DNA of 64,000 nucleotides from Candidatus Omnitrophota bacterium (GTDB lineage Bacteria > Omnitrophota > Gorgyraeia > Zapsychrales > Fredricksoniimonadaceae). Below, piece after piece: positions 35,340 to 45,264 of the stretch; the first letter of the stretch is position 1, and every line of letters starts with the position of its first letter. Location of the stretch: positions 140,563 to 204,562 of the forward strand of contig JADFXH010000001.1 of the NCBI GenBank assembly GCA_015233675.1. The letters are read 5' to 3'. The translations under genes and the position numbers were made by a program. The notes beneath the pieces are model-generated. The model was not told the origin of the DNA and did not search any database. It was given only the letters and a program-made list of their open reading frames with translations.

Positions 35340-36374
35340 CTATCTGGAGGCAAATACATTAGCAATTTCAACCAAATCCATATTCACTAATTTACGTTGA
35401 TACACCGCTTCTTCCATATCCACAAAACGAATTTTATTTTCCTTAAGGCTCGCCATTTTCCCAAACTTATGCTCTTTGACAAGCTCCACGGCTTTAACCC
35501 CCAAGCGCGTACCAAGAACTCGGTCAAACGCGGTTGGAGTCCCTCCGCGTAAAATATAGCCGAGAACGCTGACCCTTGTTTCATAACCGGTGTTGTCTTC
35601 AATCGCTTTGGCTAAAAATTCACCTACACTGCCAAATCGGCGTTTCTCCATAAGCGGCACATGGGCGTCACTGGAACGCGATAAGTATCCGTCTATTTTA
35701 GTGCCTTCAGAAATAACAATAATACTAAAAGGCTTGCCGCGCTTATGCCTCTCATGCAGCAGTTCATAAACTTCTTTTAGATCCACCGGAATTTCAGGGA
35801 TCAAAATAATATCTGCCCCGCCGGCAATCCCGGATTGCACGGCCAGCCATCCGGTGTACAAGCCCATGACCTCAACAACCATGATGCGATGATGCGACTC
35901 AGCAGTTGTATGTAAACGATCAATGCATTCGGTGGCCACATTTACAGCCGTATCAAAACCGAAAGCGTAATCTGTGCCTGACAGCGCATTATCAATGGAT
36001 TTAGGCACAGCAACAGCCTGAATAATGCCTCTTTTATGCAGGTTCAAGGCTATTTTAATAGTCTCCTCGCCCCCAACGACAATCAGCGCGTCCATGCCGC
36101 TTCTGGCATAATTGTCTTTGATTTTCTTAACCTGCTCCTCGTCTTGCAAAGGATCCGTGCGGCTGGTCCCCAAAATAGTACCACCTTTATCCAAAATGCC
36201 GGTGGTGGACTTTACATCCAAAACGCGCATATCATTTTCGATTAATCCCAGCCATCCATTCTTAATACCTGTGACAACATAGCCTTCCTGCATACCTTTT
36301 CGCACTACGGCACGAATAACTGAATTAAGCCCCGGACAATCAGCTCCCCCTGTCATAATTCCTATTTTCTTCAT
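35340..36374 (-). CDS. pfkA: 6-phosphofructokinase
   Basis: Carries MKKIGIMTGGADCPGLN, VVGGEET, PKSIDN and MGLYTGWLA motifs. The product is 344 aa. Confidence 0.85.
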   Translation of the reverse strand: MKKIGIMTGGADCPGLNSVIRAVVRKGMQEGYVVTGIKNGWLGLIENDMRVLDVKSTTGILDKGGTILGTSRTDPLQDEEQVKKIKDNYARSGMDALIVVGGEETIKIALNLHKRGIIQAVAVPKSIDNALSGTDYAFGFDTAVNVATECIDRLHTTAESHHRIMVVEVMGLYTGWLAVQSGIAGGADIILIPEIPVDLKEVYELLHERHKRGKPFSIIVISEGTKIDGYLSRSSDAHVPLMEKRRFGSVGEFLAKAIEDNTGYETRVSVLGYILRGGTPTAFDRVLGTRLGVKAVELVKEHKFGKMASLKENKIRFVDMEEAVYQRKLVNMDLVEIANVFASR

Positions 36375-36424
36375 TTAAATTACCTCGACAAAAATTCTAG
36401 AGATATGCTGTTTTGTAACGGTGT

Positions 36425-37024
36425 TCATGAGCTATACCCATGAAACGGAGACTGAGCCGAAATTTGAAAGTCTTCATTATTCTTGAATTTAATGTCTTCC
36501 AGTGAAATCTTGGTCACATGTATCCGTATATTGATCTTGCCTTCCATGCCGACAGCTTCTTCTATTTTTCGGCGCACTAATTCCTGAAACCGGGAGGTCA
36601 GTTCCGGAATATTGACTTCATGGCGCAATACCAATTTAATATCTACTTCCAAACCTTTTCTGTTGGCAATCATATATGGACGAATCTCTTTAACCTCAGG
36701 CATTTGCACAATCAAACGCTTAATCAGATCTTCAAGAGCTGTCAGTGATACAGTTACCCTGCCGGCAGGGTTTTCAAAAGCAATAGTGCGTTCCATCTGG
36801 TGCCCTCCGTAAATAAGCTTCGCCAAAAGAAAACTCATAAACATGATACCCCCCGCACAAATTCCGGCAATGGTACCCTTTTGACTATCCTTATAAATCA
36901 GCTCAAGCACTCCTTGAATGGACAGCAAGTCGATCTTATGCCAAACAAACAACACCACTGCAATGCTTGTCACCCAGATAATGGAAATATAAAATATGAT
37001 GGCAATACGGGTCAGCAACCACAT
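36425..37024 (-). CDS. AmaP-like alkaline shock response membrane anchor protein
   Basis: It has two N-terminal TM helices followed by an Asp23-like soluble part. It lies directly downstream of, and overlaps, an Asp23-family gene. Confidence 0.5.
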   Translation of the reverse strand: MWLLTRIAIIFYISIIWVTSIAVVLFVWHKIDLLSIQGVLELIYKDSQKGTIAGICAGGIMFMSFLLAKLIYGGHQMERTIAFENPAGRVTVSLTALEDLIKRLIVQMPEVKEIRPYMIANRKGLEVDIKLVLRHEVNIPELTSRFQELVRRKIEEAVGMEGKINIRIHVTKISLEDIKFKNNEDFQISAQSPFHGYSS

Positions 37025-37377
37025 TATTCTCTCCTCTCAACGGCTTGAACATTGACATTGATTTCTTTTAGATTAATATCCACAGCATCTTCCACAGCTT
37101 GCCGGATCACATCCTGAATTTGGCGAGCAATGACCGGGATGTTCATGCCATAATAAATTATAACACGAATTTTGATGGAAATTTGATGATCTTTATCTAC
37201 GGTAACACTGACAGCGGGATAATTCTTATAACCAAAAATTTCAGCGACGTAACTGATGACACCAAAAGTTGCCAGCTGGGCACCGGCAACTTCTTTAACA
37301 GATGCAGCCGCGATATCACCGATGACTTTCTTGTGAATTTGTACAACACCTAAATCAACAGTATTGTCCTGGCGCAT
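37024..37377 (-). CDS. Asp23/Gls24-family envelope stress protein
   Basis: The 117-aa product carries IHKKVIGDIAAASVKEVAGA...VSVTVDKDHQISIKIRVIIYYGMNIPVIARQIQDVIRQAVE, which matches the Asp23 pattern. Confidence 0.75.
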   Translation of the reverse strand: MRQDNTVDLGVVQIHKKVIGDIAAASVKEVAGAQLATFGVISYVAEIFGYKNYPAVSVTVDKDHQISIKIRVIIYYGMNIPVIARQIQDVIRQAVEDAVDINLKEINVNVQAVERRE

Positions 37378-37392
37378 TTAACTCCCCCCTCT

Positions 37393-37417
37393 CCCCCTCT
37401 TTTTAAAAAAGAAGGGG
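37393..37417 (-). terminator. Hairpin between accC and the asp23-like gene (CCCCTTCTTTTT/AAAAAGAGGGGG)
   Basis: A ~11-12-bp stem is read directly. It lacks a clear U-tail and abuts the GGGGGGAG ribosome-binding site of the downstream gene, so its role is uncertain. Confidence 0.3.
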
Positions 37418-37424
37418 AAATTTC

Positions 37425-38771
37425 TTACTCATTCTTCATCATTTTTTCCAAAAAGTGAGTTGTTGCCTTGCCCTCCAGGAATATCGGATGATGAAGAATT
37501 TCCATATGTAACGGGATAGTGGTCTTGATAGGTGAAATATAAAACTCATCCAGGGCACGGCGCATGATCCGCACCGCTTCATTACGGTCTTTGCCGTGAA
37601 CGATCACTTTAGCCACCATGGAATCATAATACGGACTAATTGTGTAGCCCGGATAAATATGCGTGTCTATGCGAACTCCAGGCCCTCCGGGCAAATTGAG
37701 CTCCTCAATCTTTCCGGGACTTGGAATAAAATTATTATAAGGATCTTCAGCGTTGATGCGGCACTCGATAGCCGCACCGTGAAATTTGACTTCTTCCTGT
37801 TTTAACTTAAGCTTCTGGCCCATGGCAACTTTGATCTGCTCTTTGATCAAATCAATGCCTGTGATCATCTCGGTGACAGGGTGCTCGACTTGGATACGGG
37901 TATTCATTTCCATAAAATAAAAATTATTATGCGCATCTAACAAGAATTCAATAGTGCCCGCTCCATGATAATTAACGGCTTTAGCGGCTTTAACCGCAGC
38001 ATCGCCCATTTTCTTGCGTAAATTAGCATCCAAAGCGGTCGAAGGTGATTCTTCTAACAGTTTTTGATGGCGCCGTTGCACAGAACAATCGCGCTCACCA
38101 AGATGGATCAAATTACCATATTCATCCGCCAAAATTTGAAATTCCACATGGCGAGGACCCTCAATGTACTTCTCAATATAAACGTCTCCAACCCCAAAAT
38201 TAGCTTCTGCCTCGGTTTGTGCCATTTTAAAAGAATTAATCAAAGTCACATCATTATGACAGACACGCATGCCTTTGCCGCCGCCGCCAGCTACAGCCTT
38301 GATAATCACAGGGTACTTTATCTTCTGGGCTATACTTAGCGCCTGTTCCTGAGTTTTGATAACACCGCTGCTGCCGGGCGTTAAAGGCACTCCCATTTTC
38401 TTGACTGATTCCTTGGCGACAATTTTATCGCCCATTTTGCGTATACTTTCCGGAGTAGGGCCGATAAACTTGATATGACAGGATTCACAAATTTCAACAA
38501 AATGCGCGTTTTCCGACAAAAAACCATAACCGGGATGAATGGCGGACACATCCGTGATTTCCGCGGCAGAAACTATGGCAGGAATATTAAGATAGCTATC
38601 TTTACTAGAGGCCTTACCGATACATACCGCTTCATCGGCGAAACGCACGTGTAAAGAATTACGGTCTGCTTCAGAATATACCGCAACGGTGCGTATGCCC
38701 ATTTCTTTGCAGGCACGAATGACCCTTAAGGCAATTTCACCGCGGTTGGCAATTAAGATTTTGGAAAACAT
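37425..38771 (-). CDS. accC: Acetyl-CoA carboxylase, biotin carboxylase subunit
   Basis: Carries [36 protein letters not shown] and [14 protein letters not shown] motifs. The start is placed at ATG 38771. Confidence 0.95.
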   Translation of the reverse strand: MFSKILIANRGEIALRVIRACKEMGIRTVAVYSEADRNSLHVRFADEAVCIGKASSKDSYLNIPAIVSAAEITDVSAIHPGYGFLSENAHFVEICESCHIKFIGPTPESIRKMGDKIVAKESVKKMGVPLTPGSSGVIKTQEQALSIAQKIKYPVIIKAVAGGGGKGMRVCHNDVTLINSFKMAQTEAEANFGVGDVYIEKYIEGPRHVEFQILADEYGNLIHLGERDCSVQRRHQKLLEESPSTALDANLRKKMGDAAVKAAKAVNYHGAGTIEFLLDAHNNFYFMEMNTRIQVEHPVTEMITGIDLIKEQIKVAMGQKLKLKQEEVKFHGAAIECRINAEDPYNNFIPSPGKIEELNLPGGPGVRIDTHIYPGYTISPYYDSMVAKVIVHGKDRNEAVRIMRRALDEFYISPIKTTIPLHMEILHHPIFLEGKATTHFLEKMMKNE

Positions 38772-38790
38772 AATGGAATGACGTCCCTTT

Positions 38791-39249
38791 TTATAAAGGA
38801 TCGACAATAAAAAGGGTTTGTCCGAATTCTACCGGTTCCGCGTTTTGCACAGCCACTTCCACAACCTTACCACGGATCTCGGATTTGATTTCGTTCATTA
38901 ACTTCATGGCTTCAACGATACAAACCACCTGGCCTACTTCAACAGTCTGCCCAATTTCAACAAAAGGCTCAGCTTCGGGTGAGGGAGCGCGATAGAAAGT
39001 GCCTACCATCGGAGACTTGATATCTTTTGTGTTTTTAGATGCATCTGCCGAAGATGCTGCAGAAGCTGTGACAGGCACTGCCTTGGGTGCTGGAAGAGAT
39101 TCCACGGCATAATGGGTCGGCCCACCCATGACCACAGCTCCCATGGATTTCTTGAGCTTAAGTTTTAATCCGTCACGTTCAATCTCGATTTCATTAAGAT
39201 TATTTTCATTCATCAGAGCAAGGATCTCTTTAATCTCTTTTAAATTCAT
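38791..39249 (-). CDS. accB: Biotin carboxyl carrier protein
   Basis: It has the EAMKLMNEI biotinylation motif and an Ala/Pro-rich linker. It lies upstream of accC. Confidence 0.9.
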   Translation of the reverse strand: MNLKEIKEILALMNENNLNEIEIERDGLKLKLKKSMGAVVMGGPTHYAVESLPAPKAVPVTASAASSADASKNTKDIKSPMVGTFYRAPSPEAEPFVEIGQTVEVGQVVCIVEAMKLMNEIKSEIRGKVVEVAVQNAEPVEFGQTLFIVDPL

Positions 39250-39812
39250 TTTTTGACCCTTTCGACGTAAACCCCTGTTCTGGTATCAACTTTAATGGTC
39301 TCTCCCTGTCCTATAAACAAAGGAACGGAAACAGAGGCCCCTGTATCAATTTTAGCCGGCTTATACCCCGCGCGAGAAGAATCCCCCTTTAATCCCGGGT
39401 CAGCTTCTACTATGGTCGCAATAATAAAGTTAGGGACATCAACCTTGACCACCTGATTTTTATACAAGATGGTCTCAACCACCATATTATCCTGCAAATA
39501 TTTAACCCCATCACCTAATAATTGCTTACCAATAACAGTATCTTCAAAAGAACTTTGATCCATGAAATGATACTCTTCACCGGTTACATAAGTAAATTGC
39601 ATGCGGCGGCGCTCAAGATCTGCTTCTTCCAATGTCTCTGCTGTACGGTAGGTACGCTCTAAAACAGCATCCGTACGGAGATTTTTAAGCCGAACACGCA
39701 CAAACGCCGACCCTTTGCCGGGCTTAACATGATTAAGTTCAGTCACAAAAAAAAGCTGACCATCAACAAGCAACCCCATACCATTTTCAAGTTCATTAAT
39801 TGTAATAGCCAC
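39246..39812 (-). CDS. efp: Elongation factor P
   Basis: The 188-aa product carries HVKPGKGSAFVRVRLKNL and a C-terminal OB-domain pattern. Confidence 0.9.
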   Translation of the reverse strand: MAITINELENGMGLLVDGQLFFVTELNHVKPGKGSAFVRVRLKNLRTDAVLERTYRTAETLEEADLERRRMQFTYVTGEEYHFMDQSSFEDTVIGKQLLGDGVKYLQDNMVVETILYKNQVVKVDVPNFIIATIVEADPGLKGDSSRAGYKPAKIDTGASVSVPLFIGQGETIKVDTRTGVYVERVKK

Positions 39813-40854
39813 TTAACACCTCACACCCTTCTTTAGTTACTAATACCATGTCTTCTACTCTTATGCCAAACTGATTGGGAACATAGACACCCGGCTCCAC
39901 AGTGACTACCATCCCAGGCTCTAATATGCTCGTACTCTGGCTTGAAAGCCGGGGGGCTTCATGAATATCCACCCCCACTCCATGGCCTAATGAGTGGCCA
40001 AAATATTTTGCTAAACCAAACTTGCGCAAAACCTTACGTGCCTGAGCATCAACTTGAGAGCAAGCAACGCCTGGCTTGATAAGACTAATAGCCTCCCGTT
40101 GCGCAAGTGTCAGAGCGTCAAACACCTGCTTTACATGAGGCGTTATTCTACCCAAAAAGAAATTCCGTGTCAAGTCAGACTTATAACCATTAAGATCAAT
40201 ACCAAAATCCAACAAAACTCCTTCATTGTTACGGATGACACGATCAGTCACCCTGGCATGAGGAAGACAGGAATTAGGGCCAGAGGCAATAATGGGAGAA
40301 AATGAAAACTCTGCCCCATTAGACTTGACAAAACGCTCCAACTGGAGAAGGACTTGACGCTCGGTCAAGCCGGGCTTCACCACTTTTTTCATAAAATCAA
40401 TGGCCTTAAAGTGCAGTTTTAGGCAATTTTTAATCTGAGCCACTTCCCCTTCATCTTTAATCTCCCGAAAGGACTCAACCATTCCAATGGTTGGGATAAG
40501 TTTTGGTTTTCTGGGACAAAATTCCTTAAGTTTTTTCCATAAAGCAAAACTGGTATGCTTCTCATCAAACCCTAAACGTTTGATCTTGTATTGTTTGCAA
40601 AGCTCACAAAGTGTCGCAGAAGGCGTCCGGCTATATTGTTTGACCGAAATACCGTCAAGTCCCTGACGAGCTTCCAAAGCATATCGGGAATCAGTTATAT
40701 AAAAAGCTTTTATTTTCGTAACCAATAGCCAAGACTCCAAAGCCGGAAAATTGGTCAAATAACGAATATTGCTGTCATTGAAAATTAAAAACGCATCAAT
40801 GTTTTTATGGCGGGAAAAATCTTCAACGAGCTTTTCTAAACGTGTATTCATCAT
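39796..40854 (-). CDS. pepP: Xaa-Pro aminopeptidase (M24B)
   Basis: It has a creatinase-like N-domain plus the M24 motifs DFG...GY.SDLTR, HSLGHGVG.DIHE and EPG.Y. Confidence 0.8.
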   Translation of the reverse strand: MMNTRLEKLVEDFSRHKNIDAFLIFNDSNIRYLTNFPALESWLLVTKIKAFYITDSRYALEARQGLDGISVKQYSRTPSATLCELCKQYKIKRLGFDEKHTSFALWKKLKEFCPRKPKLIPTIGMVESFREIKDEGEVAQIKNCLKLHFKAIDFMKKVVKPGLTERQVLLQLERFVKSNGAEFSFSPIIASGPNSCLPHARVTDRVIRNNEGVLLDFGIDLNGYKSDLTRNFFLGRITPHVKQVFDALTLAQREAISLIKPGVACSQVDAQARKVLRKFGLAKYFGHSLGHGVGVDIHEAPRLSSQSTSILEPGMVVTVEPGVYVPNQFGIRVEDMVLVTKEGCEVLSGYYN

Positions 40855-40889
40855 GGGATGTTAAAACATGTGCCCATTGCGAAGCGATC

Positions 40890-41045
40890 TCAATGCTCAG
40901 CCTGATCCACTAAAAGCACCGGAATACCATCTACAATGGGGTAACTGCGCAGACATTGTATACAAACAATTTTATTATTTTTAACCTGAACTTCACCTTG
41001 ACAGGCTGGACAAACGAGCAAAGCCAATAATTTTTTATCAATCAT
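40890..41045 (-). CDS. Trm112/YcaR-family small zinc-ribbon protein (51 aa), absent from the ORF track
   Basis: Manual translation gives MIDKKLLALLVCPACQGEVQVKNNKIVCIQCLRSYPIVDGIPVLLVDQAEH. This matches the UPF0434/Trm112 pattern (LLxxLVCPxC...C..C...YPI.DGIPVLL). It has an ATGA overlap with the upstream stop. Confidence 0.8.
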   Translation of the reverse strand: MIDKKLLALLVCPACQGEVQVKNNKIVCIQCLRSYPIVDGIPVLLVDQAEH

Positions 41046-41410
41046 TTTGACAAGTCCACATAGCGCAACTGCAGCTCGTAAATGGAGCCGTTGAGCAAAT
41101 CATCTTCTTCTTTAGACAAATTGCCCTTGGTTTTATCACGCAAAATGACTAACGTATCGATCAAAAATTTGGCTTGCTTGAGATTTTTTTCAACCTGATT
41201 GGTCATGGGGTTGGGCATTTCCCCTAAAAAAATCATAGTTTGGAAACCCAAACTCGCAATATAATTAAAAAAATCCAATTGTGGTTCCGCGCCTGCCTGT
41301 GCGGCATCATCCGTTGAAGGTTTAGGTGAAGAGGTCAGAGGCTGACCGTCCGGGCCTAAAAGCCCTCCATCCTTCTCAACATTATCTCCAAAACGATTTT
41401 GCAAAGTCAT
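41042..41410 (-). CDS. DUF1844 domain protein
   Basis: FFNYIASLGFQTMIFLGEMPNPMTNQVEKNLKQAKFLIDTLVILRDKTKGNLSKEEDDLL matches the DUF1844 signature as I remember it. Confidence 0.7.
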   Translation of the reverse strand: MTLQNRFGDNVEKDGGLLGPDGQPLTSSPKPSTDDAAQAGAEPQLDFFNYIASLGFQTMIFLGEMPNPMTNQVEKNLKQAKFLIDTLVILRDKTKGNLSKEEDDLLNGSIYELQLRYVDLSK

Positions 41411-41457
41411 ATAAACCCTTCCTTTAATGTTATTTCTAAATAAAGCGCATTACATTA

Positions 41458-41739
41458 TCATTGGTTTTTAAAAAAGTCAACTTTTGCGTAAGTGGAGCTT
41501 AAGTGGAAAAGCTCTTTTGGGTAAAAAGAGCAGAGAAAGTTGTTGTACCAGCTTCTTGGCCTTCCCCAAATAAACCCGGAAGGAAATCTTGTCCTCATCA
41601 GGACGCCAGCCTTGCTCCTGAAATATTCCGCTAAAACATTAGCAGTGACAATTTGCCCCGCCTCATTCAATTTGTCGTCAACAATTTCAATAGGCGGCAG
41701 GTACTTGGGGTCTAATAATGCGTTCTGCAGGTCTTTCAT
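41458..41739 (-). CDS. Hypothetical protein (93 aa)
   Basis: This is ORF evidence only. It is the first gene of the accessory region and I recognise no motif. Confidence 0.35.
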   Translation of the reverse strand: MKDLQNALLDPKYLPPIEIVDDKLNEAGQIVTANVLAEYFRSKAGVLMRTRFPSGFIWGRPRSWYNNFLCSFYPKELFHLSSTYAKVDFFKNQ

Positions 41740-41856
41740 GCGGATGCCGTTCAGCCTATTGATAATAAAATGATCGTCGTCCTTTTGCCGAAGGCGGGTA
41801 GAAAAATCCTTAATTTTCTAGATAACTGACCGAATCATAAAGATGGGGTTTGTACC

Positions 41857-42222
41857 TTATGCTTTTATTATCTCACCTATCCGATTAGCCAAAGTTACCG
41901 CTAACCAACAGGAGCAGGCAGACAAAATCACTGCAATAATATTCCAAGATATCCTATCCAATTTACGTGATTTAAACAACGAAAACCCCTCAAGCTCATG
42001 TGTATTAAAAAGAGCAATAAAATAAGCCCACATGAAAGCATACGTTAGTGTCACTAATCCAGAAAGAAGCCCCGACTTGCTTTGTTTAGCAACATAATGT
42101 AATGTCCCAAGAATTAAAATCCAACCTAACCACTCAAACCATTTTGAGGTCAGTTTCAGATAAATGGCAAGCGCACGTTCAAAACCGCTCTCTGGATTCT
42201 TAACCTTAATGTCAAATTTCAT
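41857..42222 (-). CDS. Small integral membrane protein (immunity-like candidate)
   Basis: The 121-aa product has 3-4 hydrophobic helices (WLGWILILGTLHYV, LVTLTYAFMWAYFIALF, IIAVILSACSCWLAVTLA). Confidence 0.5.
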   Translation of the reverse strand: MKFDIKVKNPESGFERALAIYLKLTSKWFEWLGWILILGTLHYVAKQSKSGLLSGLVTLTYAFMWAYFIALFNTHELEGFSLFKSRKLDRISWNIIAVILSACSCWLAVTLANRIGEIIKA

Positions 42223-42275
42223 AATTCACACAGGCCGCTTCTACCGGGCAAGTCCATTGCCCCTATTTATCTCAA

Positions 42276-42590
42276 TTAATTATTTTCTACACTAATCACA
42301 GTAACTTCCGTAATTCCTCTTCCAAGCCCAAAATATTCTTTACACATTTTTTTCTCATGTGGCTCTAAATTAATTCCAACTCGTGATTCAGCAGATGAAG
42401 GCGCCCTTATCCTCCAACTACTTGAAATCAGAAGATTAGCTATTAAGGGCCTGTCCGTAGTATTTTGAGCTATACATGACACAAATGGCGAGTCATAACT
42501 CACTTGAGAAATAATCACTGGCCTTTTTTGAGGACTGCCTATTTCTCTTCTCTTGCGACCTACTGCTGTCCTTCCTTGCCCCAACGCCAC
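42276..42590 (-). CDS. Hypothetical protein (start uncertain; GTG in track)
   Basis: This is ORF evidence only, with no ATG near the 5' end. Confidence 0.3.
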   Translation of the reverse strand: MALGQGRTAVGRKRREIGSPQKRPVIISQVSYDSPFVSCIAQNTTDRPLIANLLISSSWRIRAPSSAESRVGINLEPHEKKMCKEYFGLGRGITEVTVISVENN

Positions 42591-42943
42591 TTTAATCCTC
42601 CCTCAACCTTTCCTTGAAAAAGTAAACAGAAAAGAACTGAAATGATTACCACGTCAATAATGAATCTTAAGATTGATTTTAAAGGAACGCCATTCGTATG
42701 TGACACAAGCCCATCAACAAAAGCAATTGTCAAAATTAACAGTATTAGAAAACAAAGAGCAACCCACCCTTGCCAAGCAGTTGGCACCCCAAAACCCCAG
42801 CCATAATCTTTAGGTTTAAACCAGCATTTATTCATGTGCTTGTCACTCTTTATGAAACGGAAAGTTAAATATTTTTGTACTGGCTCCTGGTATTCATTTT
42901 TTACTCGGTGGAAAAAGCCGATTATTTTCTTATCACAAATCAC
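42560..42943 (-). CDS. Small membrane protein (likely starts at ATG 42835: MNKCWFKPKDYGWGFGVPTAWQGW...)
   Basis: It has a YGWG...WQGW motif followed by two TM helices. Confidence 0.45.
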   Translation of the reverse strand: MICDKKIIGFFHRVKNEYQEPVQKYLTFRFIKSDKHMNKCWFKPKDYGWGFGVPTAWQGWVALCFLILLILTIAFVDGLVSHTNGVPLKSILRFIIDVVIISVLFCLLFQGKVEGGLKWRWGKEGQQ

Positions 42944-43391
42944 ATGAATAATGGGCTTCTTTTACTTCTATATCTTTTAAAATTTCATTCTTAAATGTTA
43001 ATTTCCCCCATTGGTAGTGCCATGACAATACTCCTCCATTACAACCAGAATATGTCCATACCTCGACACTTTGCTTATTGGTAATTTTGTTAGGATTACC
43101 GATTAAAACCTTGACCTGCTCCTTATTCATCCCCTTTGCAAAAATAAATTTTCCTAAATCATTTTTCACGTCCAAATTTAAATTTTGATTTTCGTTAATA
43201 AAATTATTAACTCTTTCTTTAATCAATACAACATTATTGTAATCCCACCATCCTGGCCCCTCATCCATATAAGACAACTGCACCGACGCAGGATGAGTTA
43301 TTATCGTTTGAGGCCCAAAAATTGACTCCTTTACACAAACACAACCACTCATTACAGCTATGCCTAAAATAAATATTATGAATTTTGTCAT
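42933..43391 (-). CDS. Putative lipoprotein of unknown function
   Basis: It has a signal and lipobox-like sequence (MTKFIIFILGIAVMSGC). The product is 152 aa. Confidence 0.5.
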   Translation of the reverse strand: MTKFIIFILGIAVMSGCVCVKESIFGPQTIITHPASVQLSYMDEGPGWWDYNNVVLIKERVNNFINENQNLNLDVKNDLGKFIFAKGMNKEQVKVLIGNPNKITNKQSVEVWTYSGCNGGVLSWHYQWGKLTFKNEILKDIEVKEAHYSCDL

Positions 43392-43420
43392 TTTAATTTA
43401 AAAACTGGCCCCTTCTTGAA

Positions 43421-44113
43421 TTATTTGACCTCAACACTTTTCTTCCATTCATCAGTTCCGTTCACAAAGGATATTAAAATATTGATAATTTCTTCGGCGT
43501 TAAAATTTCTTTTACTTTTATGACGCTCTGAACCTTCCTGACATTCAACACAAAAGCCATTTTCTTTAGAAAGCACAGTGATGTTAGGCACAATACTTGC
43601 TGGCGTAATCATTATGTACCCAGGAACAAAATTTTCGGAAGTATTCTTCGCAATAAACGACATTACAGCTTTTTCAATATCGTTTGGGTTTGGATTTTTA
43701 ACCATCTTTAATGTCTTACTATCTTTTAAGACCAAAGTGTTTTTCGCTGGAATCTTTTCCCCAATAGCATATTGAGAAGGGTCATTTTTATTTTCATCTA
43801 AATATATAAAATATCGTCCATAATCTTCTTTTTCGAATGAAAAATAATACCCCCCGTAATCTTTATCATTTAAGGTTTTTTTAGGAATAAATTCTGGTTC
43901 CAATTCCTTGTATTTTTCGGGAACAACACCAAAACCTAACGCTCCTTCAATTTGGTCATGTTCGGCAACCATAACAGTACCCTTTGGAATAATACAATCC
44001 TCGGAACCAGTATAAGGCTTTCCCCAAGATGTCATTGCATGTGTTGAAAAATCTTTAACAACTATGAATCGAGTACCCTTTTTGACATTTTCCATAATAT
44101 TAAAACCTTCCAT
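43421..44113 (-). CDS. Candidate immunity protein to the upstream Rhs C-terminal toxin module
   Basis: The 230-aa ORF has a start codon that overlaps the toxin-frame stop by 1 nt (TAATG). I recognise no motif. Confidence 0.45.
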   Translation of the reverse strand: MEGFNIMENVKKGTRFIVVKDFSTHAMTSWGKPYTGSEDCIIPKGTVMVAEHDQIEGALGFGVVPEKYKELEPEFIPKKTLNDKDYGGYYFSFEKEDYGRYFIYLDENKNDPSQYAIGEKIPAKNTLVLKDSKTLKMVKNPNPNDIEKAVMSFIAKNTSENFVPGYIMITPASIVPNITVLSKENGFCVECQEGSERHKSKRNFNAEEIINILISFVNGTDEWKKSVEVK

Positions 44114-45166
44114 TAAGTTTTACCAAATATAGGCGTATGATATGGGTCTGAATAAATTGGATAACCGGGTTCACCTGCTTTATAATAAGTATATTGTCCG
44201 CCTCCCCAATTATGCCAATTTCCACCTGATTGAACTTGATTTGGAACCCATGCATCAACATAATAATCACCAGTCGAACCTGTAACTCGAACATCGGCGG
44301 CTGTATTTAATGCTGTAGTAAAATATGCACCAGGGCCATACTCTCCACCAGACGAATTATAGACATAACCACTTCCTCTTATTCCCGCTTGACCAGCCTG
44401 ACTCGTATAATGTCTAAAATAATTCCCACTTCCATCATTTTCGTTATTTTGACCATTTGCGTTCCCTGCCCCCGTTCCTGCCATTGGTGACAAAGACGCA
44501 GAAGCCGAAGGAGGAACTATTTGATTCCATTCAGATTCCCCGATTCCATGAAATGAACTTTGCCAATGAGCGGCGTATGACCCTTCCATCAATCCGCCAG
44601 TTATGGCCCCTATACCACCGCCAATCGCTCCTGCCTCAAATGCCTGACCTATCCTTGCTCCAGAGCCTAAAGCTCTCCTCCAAATCCCGCTCCAAAGCCC
44701 CCTATGCCCATTTCTGTGGCACCAACTTCAAATCCTTCTCCGAAAGTTGCCTGGGCAAATGGCACTCCCCAGGCTCGTATTATATCTGCGCCCAAAGCTC
44801 CGCCTACATACCCCCACCTATCAGCCCTCCCGCAAGCGAACCTGCAAACCCTCCCCAATTTCCCGATATTCCAGCGTTAATTAACGAACTTACCCCATTA
44901 AACACCTGGAAGCCGACCATGAAGTTGCCACCTGTTAGAACAGTCGCAACTACACCAGCTATGGCTCCTACAATGTCACCAACAAATTTTTCAATCTTAT
45001 GCCAAAACTTCTTCCACCAACTATGCCCCGTAGGGTCAACTAAATTTACAGGGTTGTTGTTACAGTACGTGTAGCGATTGAGTGTCTGCGGATTACTTGG
45101 GGCCTGCACCACCGTATCAGGAGTAATGAATCGTCCTAACGACGGATTATAATACCTCGCCCCCAA
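44113..45166 (-). pseudogene. Orphan Rhs/YD-repeat core tail + C-terminal toxin cassette, N-terminally truncated and split by two -1 frameshifts
   Basis: GARYYNPSLGRFITPDTVV...NRYTYCNNNPVNLVDPTGH is the RHS repeat-associated core end. An in-frame TGA lies 6 codons upstream of it. The reading frame then passes through three frames (45166-44804, 44858-44667, 44727-44113), which carry Gly-zipper segments and a C-terminal domain with an FRHYTS...GPGAYFT motif. Confidence 0.7.
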
Positions 45167-45264
45167 TATCTATCATAGGTTCAATTTCAAAGAACGATAT
45201 ATTCCCTTAACGCATAATGTCTTACTGAATTTCAGCTCAAATCTTCTGCTATGCTGGAAGCCCC

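Noticed and set aside
44457-45074. A 205-aa plus-strand ORF across the Rhs toxin region.
   Set aside because: It is Pro/Ser-rich low complexity, mirroring the Gly-rich minus-strand coding sequence. The RHS core motif and the toxin/immunity coupling are on the minus strand.
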